IMG/VR virus record: IMGVR_UViG_2645727562_000017
Direction: 5' to 3' (one strand)
Source of the DNA: a virus
Lineage: Duplodnaviria; Heunggongvirae; Uroviricota; Caudoviricetes
Length of the DNA stretch: 5,051 bases
Shown: in pieces, positions 1 to 5,051 of the stretch
Numbering within the stretch: position 1 is the stretch's first letter
Layout: every line of letters starts with the position of its first letter
Notes under the pieces: generated by a model
Database searches by the model: none
The model's input: only the letters and a program-made list of their open reading frames with translations
Told to the model about the DNA's origin: nothing
Position numbers and translations under genes: made by a program

Positions 1-1046
1 ACCGCGAGCGCCTCGCCGTAATGCTCATAGATACGCATGGCCTTTTCGCTGGTACTCATGGCGGAAAACTCCGCTTCGCTCATGGTGTCGAACGGGCTTT
101 CAGCCGGTGGCCGGATGGCATCATAAATGGCCTTACGGGTGGCTTCCCCGCCGTACTGCGTGAAGGCATCATTCCAGTCACCGAAGACCGGCGGCAGGGC
201 AACAACACCTTCACACGCATCTGCGGCTGCGGCGGCTTTTTTCTGGCCGTCACCGCTGAGGTCACGGTCAGCAGCAAGGACAATCTGACAGGCCGGATGC
301 TTCTGCCGGGCAAGGCTGGCCAGAGAAAGGAGGTTCACGGAAGAAAGCGCCACCATCACCGTTTCACCGGTCAGGTGATGCACGGTAAGTGCGGTCGCGT
401 ATCCCTCCGCTATCCACAGACGTTTTCCGGCCTGATTCTGTCCTTCAAGGGTGTGACAGGTGCCCCTGACCTGTCCGCCTTTCAGGGTGCGCTTACGGCC
501 GTCAGCACTGATTAACTGAAGGTTAACCAGTTCGCCGCTGTCGTCATACAGTGGCACCACAAGGTCACCGGCACGCCAGCTCACGCCACCGGCTCTGTGT
601 GTGCCGGTCAGCATCCGGCATTCCCGGCCGGGAAAGCCCTTGCGGGTCAGGTAGGCGTTACCGGTTCCGGGACGGGTTTTCGCCATCAGGGTTTGTGCCA
701 GTGCGGCGGCGTTCTTCCGGGCAGCGTCTGTTTCAGCAACGGCGGCAGCCGTCACTGCCGGGTCAGCCGGGGGCAGACTGCCGGTCACGGCAGCCACCTT
801 TGCGGCCGCGTCGGACGGGGAGACACCAAACACCTTTTCAACCAGTTTCAGGCCGTCACCGGCACCACACTGATTGCAGTACCAGGTGCCGCGCCCCTCC
901 CTGTCATCAAAACGGAAGCGGTCACTCCCGCCACAGACCGGACAGGGCTGATGACGGTTTTTCAGCACCTGAATCCCCAGCGCCGGGAGAATACGCGGCC
1001 AGTGGCCGAGCGCATGGCTGACGGTGGCGGTTACGTTCATTTTCAT
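1..1046 (-). CDS. alpha: P4 alpha-type replication protein (primase-helicase), N-terminal ~348 aa only; gene continues beyond the window's left edge
   Basis: Minus-strand frame open from ATG at 1046 to position 1, preceded by GAAGGAGAA Shine-Dalgarno (rc of 1052-1060). Translation begins MKMNVTATVSHALGHWPRILPALGIQVLKNRHQPCPVCGGSDRFRFDDREGRGTWYCNQCG (CxxC...CxxC zinc motif), later WIAEGYATAL and LAADRDLSGDG (TOPRIM-like acidic motifs). Not in the ORF track, probably because it is incomplete. Plus-strand ORFs here are antisense to it. Confidence 0.88.
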   Translation of the reverse strand, partial: MKMNVTATVSHALGHWPRILPALGIQVLKNRHQPCPVCGGSDRFRFDDREGRGTWYCNQCGAGDGLKLVEKVFGVSPSDAAAKVAAVTGSLPPADPAVTAAAVAETDAARKNAAALAQTLMAKTRPGTGNAYLTRKGFPGRECRMLTGTHRAGGVSWRAGDLVVPLYDDSGELVNLQLISADGRKRTLKGGQVRGTCHTLEGQNQAGKRLWIAEGYATALTVHHLTGETVMVALSSVNLLSLASLARQKHPACQIVLAADRDLSGDGQKKAAAAADACEGVVALPPVFGDWNDAFTQYGGEATRKAIYDAIRPPAESPFDTMSEAEFSAMSTSEKAMRIYEHYGEALA

Positions 1047-1060
1047 GGTGTTGTTCTCCT

Positions 1061-1381
1061 TCAGTGCAGTACCGGCGCTTTTATGTGACGGGCACAGAGT
1101 TCATCCATCACAACCAGCCCGAGAAAGGACAGCGACGGCGCGGCCTTCAGGGGGCCGGATTCCATTAAATCTTCCAGCAGGGCACAGGCTATCTGACGCC
1201 CTTTTTCCTCACCGTGCTGGCGCAGATAAAAGCCTTCCAGCTCAGCGGCGATGGCCGCCTCCAGTGACTCAAGGGTGAGATGCGGGTAGCGGTGCTGACG
1301 TTCGCACACGGTCAGCCAGGCACAGGCGACAGCGCGACGGTAAAGGGCAGCGCGTAAGACGGGCGGTAAGGGTGTTTTCAT
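1061..1381 (-). CDS. Hypothetical 106-aa protein of the left operon (P4 orf106-like), immediately upstream of alpha
   Basis: ORF track 1061..1381 (-), 106 aa. Strong RBS GGGAGGAAAACAA before the ATG (rc of 1382-1395). Ends 14 nt before the alpha start. No recognisable motif. Confidence 0.7.
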
Positions 1382-1448
1382 TTGTTTTCCTCCCTGTGAC
1401 AGATGACTGCATTCCGTGCCGGTTGCATTAACTGATAAGGCATATCTG

Positions 1449-1488
1449 CGTCTCCTGAAGACGTGCGTATCCCTGCGCGAATACGCAC
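1449..1488 (-). repeat. Two adjacent inverted repeats in the orf151-orf106 intergenic spacer
   Basis: CGTCT-cctga-AGACG (1449-1463) followed by GTGCGTAT-N10-ATACGCAC (1463-1488, 8-bp perfect stem). No adjacent U-run on the transcribed (minus) strand, so not a canonical intrinsic terminator. Confidence 0.5.
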
Positions 1489-1516
1489 ATTTAATTTTTC
1501 GGGTGTCGTTTTTTAA

Positions 1517-1972
1517 TTACAGATAATTGCGGTAACTGTTATCCGGGGTGATTTCCGGGTCAGGCTCCGTGCGGGGAATTTCCCGCCATTCCCGCGCCAC
1601 CGGTGCCGCCCGGCTGACCGGAACAGGGTCCTGCGGGTAAATATCCAGATATTTCTCCCGCCATTTCTGTAATTCCGGGTCTCCGGCAATTTCTTTCAGT
1701 ACCGCATGCCGGTTTACGGGGCTGCGTTTAAACAGGTCAGGACGGTCACAGGTAAATTCCCGCAGAAAACGCCCCAGCGGGATGTCTGTGGTGCGTCCGT
1801 CAGCGAGGATACGCACAAGGATACTGAATTTACGGCGGTACGGGTTCCAGACAATGTCCGGGCAGCGGTACGGCATTTCCCACGGAATACCGTCTTCCAG
1901 AATGCCGACCACGGCCACATCGGGAAAACCGGCAGAACGGTAAATCTCACCGGGCTGGGGAAAATCAAACAT
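1517..1972 (-). CDS. Hypothetical 151-aa protein of the left operon (P4 orf151-like)
   Basis: ORF track 1517..1972 (-), 151 aa. Its ATG overlaps the stop of the upstream epsilon-like ORF (1965-1972), suggesting translational coupling. Function not inferable from sequence. Confidence 0.75.
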   Translation of the reverse strand: MFDFPQPGEIYRSAGFPDVAVVGILEDGIPWEMPYRCPDIVWNPYRRKFSILVRILADGRTTDIPLGRFLREFTCDRPDLFKRSPVNRHAVLKEIAGDPELQKWREKYLDIYPQDPVPVSRAAPVAREWREIPRTEPDPEITPDNSYRNYL

Positions 1973-2252
1973 GCGTCCTGTCTCCCCGGTCTTTCTGCTG
2001 GGCGAGAAAATCGCGGCACAGGCCTTTGGCTTTCAGCTCATTCAGCACAAAATCAATATCTTCATTCAGGTAGCTGAAAATATGCGGAATGTAGAGCTGA
2101 TGCAGGCCGGAGAGTTCACGGTGAATCAAATCACCCCCAACAAACTGGGATACGGCGCTGGCGCGGTTGAGCTTATGGTAAGCCTCAATGCTGAGGTGTT
2201 CACGGGCGTCATGACGCGCTGAGACGGTCTGAGGGGCTTTTTTATTACGCAC
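1965..2252 (-). CDS. epsilon: Epsilon-like protein (P4 derepression factor candidate), 95 aa from a GTG start
   Basis: Track ORF 1965..2408 (147 aa) has an implausible Cys/Pro/Val-rich N-terminus overlapping kil out of frame. An in-frame GTG at 2252 is preceded by GGAGGTG (rc of 2258-2264) and gives 95 aa ([30 protein letters not shown]...). Position (after kil, before orf151) and size fit P4 epsilon as I recall it; identity not verified. Confidence 0.55.
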   Translation of the reverse strand: MRNKKAPQTVSARHDAREHLSIEAYHKLNRASAVSQFVGGDLIHRELSGLHQLYIPHIFSYLNEDIDFVLNELKAKGLCRDFLAQQKDRGDRTHV

Positions 2253-2442
2253 GGGACACCTCCACCACCGGCAGACGGGCAGCAAGGGAGAGCACATAGT
2301 CACGGACAAGGGAACGGCGGGCGCTGCGTTCATCACCGGCGACGGTGCGAAGCATACAGATACGGGGATGACGGTCTGCGCGACGGACAGCCGCAAACAC
2401 AAAGACAAATTCAGGGTGTGAAGGGGTAAGGGTTGTAGCCAT
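2245..2442 (-). CDS. kil: Kil-like small protein, 65 aa; first translated gene downstream of the PLE-like promoter
   Basis: ORF track 2245..2442 (-), 65 aa. GGAGG Shine-Dalgarno 8 nt upstream of the ATG, embedded in the seqC-like repeat. Size and position match the recalled P4 kil. Confidence 0.6.
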   Translation of the reverse strand: MATTLTPSHPEFVFVFAAVRRADRHPRICMLRTVAGDERSARRSLVRDYVLSLAARLPVVEVSRA

Positions 2443-2453
2443 GAAGGCAGCCT

Positions 2454-2496
2454 CCGTTAGAGTAGCAAATAACTGCTATCGCCGGAGTTCCCACGC
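2454..2496 (-). promoter_or_regulatory. Downstream copy of a bipartite direct repeat (candidate seqC-type target for the immunity RNA), overlapping the kil RBS
   Basis: Plus-strand CCGTTAGAGT (2454-2463) and GTTCCCACGC (2487-2496) recur at 2724-2733 and 2741-2750. On the leftward transcript these read GCGUGGGAAC ... ACUCUAACGG. Confidence 0.45.
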
Positions 2497-2693
2497 TCGA
2501 TGGCGATAGCCCAGACGGGGGTAAGAATACCGGCCTCGAACGAATACCGGCCAGCCCGGAGGCTGCCCCGCCTGAGCTACCATTGACTCAGCGGCATAAC
2601 AAGCGAACGCGAACAGGATGCACGGAATGCCACCTGCACGACAAACCACACACCACACCATAATCTGGCGCTCTGTGGCGTTGATTGCGACAC
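2497..2693 (-). ncRNA. cI: Approximate location of the P4-type immunity RNA (cI-like) within the untranslated PLE leader; exact ends not determined
   Basis: About 250 nt between promoter and kil with no convincing protein gene. The leftward transcript has several GC-rich hairpins (CUGAG-N10-CUCAG; CAGCC-UCCG-GGCUG; paired GGCCGG elements), consistent with a processed structured RNA. The track's 90-aa ORF 2476..2748 lies here and is unlikely to be a real gene. I could not locate the complementary seqB segment by eye. Confidence 0.3.
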
Positions 2694-2715
2694 AAAAAAA
2701 GACGCATGGCGCGTC
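2694..2715 (-). terminator. Candidate intrinsic terminator/attenuator in the PLE leader
   Basis: Leftward transcript reads GACGCG-CCA-UGCGUC followed by UUUUUUU (plus-strand A7 at 2694-2700; stem from plus 2701-2715). Short 5-6 bp stem, so probably weak. Confidence 0.35.
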
Positions 2716-2723
2716 ATATGTCG

Positions 2724-2750
2724 CCGTTAGAGTTACACGGGTTCCCACGC
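2724..2750 (-). promoter_or_regulatory. Upstream copy of the bipartite direct repeat (candidate seqA-type target) in the 5' leader of the PLE transcript
   Basis: CCGTTAGAGT (2724-2733) + 7 nt + GTTCCCACGC (2741-2750). Same two boxes as at 2454-2496 but with a 7-nt rather than 23-nt spacer. Confidence 0.45.
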
Positions 2751-2753
2751 CCG

Positions 2754-2809
2754 GCTGCCGATTTTGCGGCAGCGGAAAAACTATATCCGCAAATGCCGGA
2801 AAAAGGCAA
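2754..2809 (-). promoter_or_regulatory. Sigma70-type promoter for the leftward immunity/early transcript (PLE-like), with a perfect inverted repeat at the predicted start
   Basis: Minus strand: -35 TTGCCT (2809-2804), 18-nt spacer, -10 TATAGT (2785-2780). Immediately downstream is GCTGCCG-ATTTTG-CGGCAGC (2754-2773), a 7-bp perfect inverted repeat. Lies about 40-65 nt downstream of the vis stop. Confidence 0.5.
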
Positions 2810-2844
2810 GCCAGAAAAAGGGACTTTTTGCAGAGCAGGCATCA

Positions 2845-3111
2845 TCATGCGTCGTACCCCCGTTTGCGTCCGGCAATGCGCCCGGCCATCCATGCGGTGA
2901 CTTCAGAGTGCAGCCAGGCCACATTTTTACCGCCAAGACTCACCTGCGGCGGAAATTCCCCCTTACGGATGAGTTCATAGATGGTCGAGCGTGACAGGCC
3001 GCACAGGTGCATCACTTCCGGCAGACGTAAAAAACGCTCCTGCGTGATGTCCGGCAGCGGCATCAGTGGCGTCACAGGGGCGGGAGACGGGGAAGAAAAA
3101 ACAGCTTGCAT
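2845..3111 (-). CDS. vis: AlpA/Vis-family small DNA-binding regulator (P4 Vis-like; late-promoter regulator / excision factor), 88 aa
   Basis: ORF track 2845..3111 (-), 88 aa. GAGGT Shine-Dalgarno 7 nt upstream. Contains the AlpA-type helix-turn-helix signature LSRSTIYELIRKGEFPPQVSLGGKNVAWLHSEV. First gene downstream of the leftward late promoter. Confidence 0.8.
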   Translation of the reverse strand: MQAVFSSPSPAPVTPLMPLPDITQERFLRLPEVMHLCGLSRSTIYELIRKGEFPPQVSLGGKNVAWLHSEVTAWMAGRIAGRKRGYDA

Positions 3112-3164
3112 CGGGCTACCTCGTTAATGTCCATACAGCACCGGATAAGTCCGTCCGGCTTCGG

Positions 3165-3231
3165 GTAGCGCTTTATTTTGTGAATATTTTCAGCAGACGC
3201 AACAGGGGGAATTTGTTCCGGCAACCTTACA
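3165..3231 (-). promoter_or_regulatory. Leftward late promoter (PLL-like) with Ogr/Delta-type activator dyad
   Basis: TGT-N12-ACA at 3214-3231 (TGTtccggcaaccttACA). No -35. A CACAAA element about 40 nt away on the minus strand (3182-3177) parallels the CACAAT of the rightward promoter. Predicted start near 3167, about 55 nt upstream of vis. Confidence 0.6.
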
Positions 3232-3346
3232 ATGCCTGTGTATTTTTTATCCATCCCCACTGAAAGGCACTCAAAGCCACCTAAAGCAACTCGAAATTTT
3301 TATAGTGAAATACAAATCGTTTTTTCTTATTCATTCCCAGCGAATT

Positions 3347-3520
3347 AATAAAAACAAACAGTAATAAACAGCACAAAAAGCCCATCAACGGGTGAACAGT
3401 GGTGAACAGACGGTGAACAGTCATTACTGCGATTGTTCACCCTTTAACTTACTGTATTACTTATCTTTTTTCTTATGGTGAACAGAGGTGAACAGTAAAA
3501 TATAAAAAAACAAACAGTAA
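3347..3520. repeat. Iteron cluster in an AT-rich region (P4 crr-like cis replication element; predicted binding sites for the alpha C-terminal domain)
   Basis: Octamer GGTGAACA (rc TGTTCACC) at 3391-3398, 3401-3408, 3412-3419, 3477-3484, 3487-3494 (10-11 bp phasing) plus one inverted copy TGTTCACC at 3434-3441. Flanked by a 15-bp direct repeat AAAAACAAACAGTAA at 3350-3364 and 3506-3520. Many AACAG pentamers; adjacent AT-rich tract 3250-3370. Confidence 0.72.
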
Positions 3521-3573
3521 GCCGGTTTTTCCTGCGACCTTTTCCTGGCTTGCCGGTCTGAGGATGAGTCTCC

Positions 3574-3640
3574 TGTGTCAGGGCTGGCACATCTGCAATG
3601 CGTCGTGTTGTTGTCCGGTGTACGTCACAATTTTCTTAAC
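3574..3640 (+). promoter_or_regulatory. Rightward late promoter (Psid-like) with Ogr/Delta-type activator dyad
   Basis: TGT-N12-ACA at 3574-3591 (TGTgtcagggctggcACA). No -35. -10-like CACAAT at 3626-3631. Predicted start near 3638, 26 nt before the sid ATG. Confidence 0.62.
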
Positions 3641-3663
3641 CTGAAGTGACGAGGAGCCGGAAA

Positions 3664-4398
3664 ATGTCTGACAACACCATCCCTGAATATCTGCAACCCG
3701 CACTGGCACAACTGGAAAAGGCCAGAGCCGCCCACCTTGAGAACGCCCGACTGATGGATGAGACCGTCACGGCCATTGAACGGGCAGAGCAGGAAAAAAA
3801 TGCGCTGGCGCAGGCCGACGGAAACGACGCTGACGACTGGCGCACGGCCTTTCGTGCAGCCGGTGGTGTCCTGAGCGACGAGCTGAAACAGCGCCACATT
3901 GAGCGCGTGGCACGCCGGGAACTGGTACAGGAATATGACAATCTGGCCGTGGTGCTGAATTTTGAACGCGAACGCCTGAAAGGGGCGTGTGACAGCACGG
4001 CCACCGCCTACCGGAAGGCACATCATCACCTGCTGAGTCTGTATGCAGAGCATGAGCTGGAACACGCCCTGAATGAAACCTGTGAGGCGCTTGTCCGGGC
4101 AATGCATCTGAGCATCCTGGTACAGGAAAATCCGCTCGCCAACACCACCGGCCATCAGGGCTACGTCGCACCGGAAAAGGCTGTCATGCAGCAGGTGAAA
4201 TCATCGCTGGAACAGAAAATAAAACAGATGCAAATCAGCCTCACCGGCGAGCCGGTTCTCCGGCTGACCGGACTGTCAGCGGCAACACTCCCGCACATGG
4301 ATTATGAGGTGGCAGGCACACCGGCACAGCGCAAGGTGTGGCAGGACAAAATAGACCAGCAGGGAGCAGTGCTTAAGGCCAGAGGACTGCTGTCATGA
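3664..4398 (+). CDS. sid: Sid, capsid size-determination (external scaffold) protein, 244 aa
   Basis: Track ORF 3646..4398 starts at a GTG without an RBS. The ATG at 3664 has GAGGAG 7 nt upstream and gives 244 aa beginning MSDNTIPEYLQPALAQLEKARAAHLENARLMDET, which matches what I recall of P4 Sid. Stop overlaps the delta start (ATGA at 4395-4398). Confidence 0.9.
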   Translation: MSDNTIPEYLQPALAQLEKARAAHLENARLMDETVTAIERAEQEKNALAQADGNDADDWRTAFRAAGGVLSDELKQRHIERVARRELVQEYDNLAVVLNFERERLKGACDSTATAYRKAHHHLLSLYAEHELEHALNETCEALVRAMHLSILVQENPLANTTGHQGYVAPEKAVMQQVKSSLEQKIKQMQISLTGEPVLRLTGLSAATLPHMDYEVAGTPAQRKVWQDKIDQQGAVLKARGLLS

Positions 4399-4895
4399 TT
4401 TACTGCCCGTCGTGTGGACATGTTGCTCACACCCGTCGCGCACATTTCATGGACGATGGCACCAAGATAATGATTGCACAGTGCCGGAATATTTATTGCT
4501 CTGCGACATTTGAAGCGAGTGAAAGCTTTTTCTCTGACTGTAAAGATTCAGGAATGGAATACATTTCAGGCAAACAGAGATACCGCGATTCACTGACGTC
4601 AGCCTCCGGCAGTATGAAACGCCCGAAAAGAATGCTTGTTACCGGATATTGTTGTCGGAGATGTAAAGGCCTTGCACTGTCAAGAACATCGCGGCGTCTG
4701 TCTCAGGAAGTCACCGAGCGTTTTTATGTGTGCACGGATCCGGGCTGTGGTCTGGTGTTTAAAACGCTTCAGACCATCAACCGTTTCATTGTCCGCCCGG
4801 TCACGCCGGACGAACTGGCAGAAAGCCTGCATGAAAAACAGGAACTGCCGCCAGTACGCTTAAAAACACAATCATATTCGCTGCGTCTGGAATGA
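4395..4895 (+). CDS. delta: Delta, late-gene transcriptional activator; tandem duplication of an Ogr-type zinc finger, 166 aa
   Basis: ORF track 4395..4895 (+), 166 aa. Two copies of C-X2-C-X22-C-X4-C: CPSC...CRNIYC in the first half and CRRC...CTDPGC in the second, the Ogr/Delta hallmark. Confidence 0.9.
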   Translation: MIYCPSCGHVAHTRRAHFMDDGTKIMIAQCRNIYCSATFEASESFFSDCKDSGMEYISGKQRYRDSLTSASGSMKRPKRMLVTGYCCRRCKGLALSRTSRRLSQEVTERFYVCTDPGCGLVFKTLQTINRFIVRPVTPDELAESLHEKQELPPVRLKTQSYSLRLE

Positions 4896-4900
4896 GGGCT

Positions 4901-4916
4901 GCCGGTTAACACCGGC
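4901..4916 (+). repeat. Perfect GC-rich palindrome in the delta-psu spacer
   Basis: GCCGGT-TAAC-ACCGGC directly after the delta stop. T-run (tattttta, 4932-4939) begins 15 nt downstream of the palindrome, too far for a canonical intrinsic terminator. Confidence 0.4.
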
Positions 4917-4968
4917 CGTCGCCGCACACCGTATTTTTATTCTTCAGCATGATGAGAAAGAGATAACG

Positions 4969-5051
4969 ATGGAAAGCACAGCCTTACAGCAGGCCTTTGA
5001 CACCTGTCAGAATAACAAAGCAGCATGGCTGCAACGCAAAAATGAGCTGGC
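4969..5051 (+). CDS. psu: Psu (polarity suppression / Rho antagonist and capsid decoration protein), N-terminal 27 codons only; gene continues beyond the window
   Basis: ATG at 4969 opens MESTALQQAFDTCQNNKAAWLQRKNELA, which matches what I recall of the P4 Psu N-terminus. Frame is open to the window end. Position after delta as in P4. Confidence 0.82.
   Translation, partial: MESTALQQAFDTCQNNKAAWLQRKNEL

Noticed and set aside
21-1278. Plus-strand ORFs 21..515, 551..1021, 597..1088, 1024..1278 (and minus 80..313)
   Set aside because: They lie antisense to, or out of frame within, the alpha and orf106 coding regions. Translations are Arg/Gly/His-rich low-complexity strings typical of GC-rich antisense frames, with no RBS or motifs.
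1706-2222. ORFs 1706..2077 (+), 1714..2019 (-), 1971..2222 (+)
   Set aside because: They overlap the orf151 and epsilon-like genes in alternative or antisense frames and lack ribosome-binding sites; the operon genes explain the coding signal.
1965-2408. 147-aa ATG-initiated version of the epsilon-like ORF
   Set aside because: The N-terminal 52 residues overlap kil out of frame and look non-proteinaceous; a GTG with a good Shine-Dalgarno at 2252 gives a 95-aa product. Kept as an alternative only.
2476-2994. ORFs 2476..2748 (-, 90 aa), 2618..2980 (+), 2685..2900 (+), 2764..2994 (+)
   Set aside because: They fall in the promoter/immunity-RNA leader or antisense to vis. The 90-aa frame has a GTG start without an RBS and a Cys/Val-rich composition; it is better read as untranslated leader or a remnant of an eta-like frame.
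3066-3263. ORFs 3066..3263 (+) and 3072..3260 (-)
   Set aside because: Both lie across the vis start and the leftward late promoter, have no RBS and no motifs; region is regulatory.
3391-3494. Short direct repeats as a possible CRISPR array or transposon terminal repeats
   Set aside because: Repeat unit is only 8-9 bp with 10-11 bp phasing and no spacers of CRISPR length, and there are no flanking transposase or cas genes. The octamer is the TGTTCACC replication iteron.
3646-3663. GTG start giving a 250-aa Sid
   Set aside because: No Shine-Dalgarno before the GTG, whereas the ATG at 3664 has GAGGAG at optimal spacing and yields 244 aa.
3625-4171. Minus-strand ORFs 3625..4155, 3636..4004, 3767..4171
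   Set aside because: Antisense to sid, Arg/Ala/Ser-rich low-complexity translations, no RBS; sid on the plus strand accounts for the region.
4636-4863. ORF 4636..4863 (+), 75 aa
   Set aside because: Nested out of frame inside delta, which has clear zinc-finger motifs in its own frame.
1-5051. A novel defence or accessory system within this window
   Set aside because: Every substantial ORF is accounted for by the conserved P4-type replication, immunity and late-regulation genes. No unexplained gene cluster, toxin-antitoxin pair, nuclease or ATPase-like ORF is present in the 5 kb shown.

Overview
The window reads as the conserved core of a P4-type satellite phage (phage-plasmid), running from the replication gene to the late operon. 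On the minus strand is the leftward operon: the 5' part of the alpha primase gene (continuing past position 1), a 106-aa ORF, a 151-aa ORF, a 95-aa epsilon-like ORF, the 65-aa kil-like ORF, an untranslated immunity-RNA region with a sigma70-like promoter (PLE), and an AlpA/Vis-family regulator. A 550-bp non-coding control region follows, with two divergent activator-dependent late promoters (TGT-N12-ACA dyads) flanking an AT-rich cluster of TGTTCACC iterons (crr-like replication element). On the plus strand is the late operon sid-delta-psu, with psu truncated at the window end. Assignments rest on protein motifs readable in the translations and on recalled P4 biology; no database search was run. 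I see no new defence or accessory system inside this window; the variable cargo region of P4-like elements is expected downstream of psu, beyond the right edge. The most unusual local features are the structured immunity region and the same-frame vis / open stretch / kil arrangement interrupted by stop codons.
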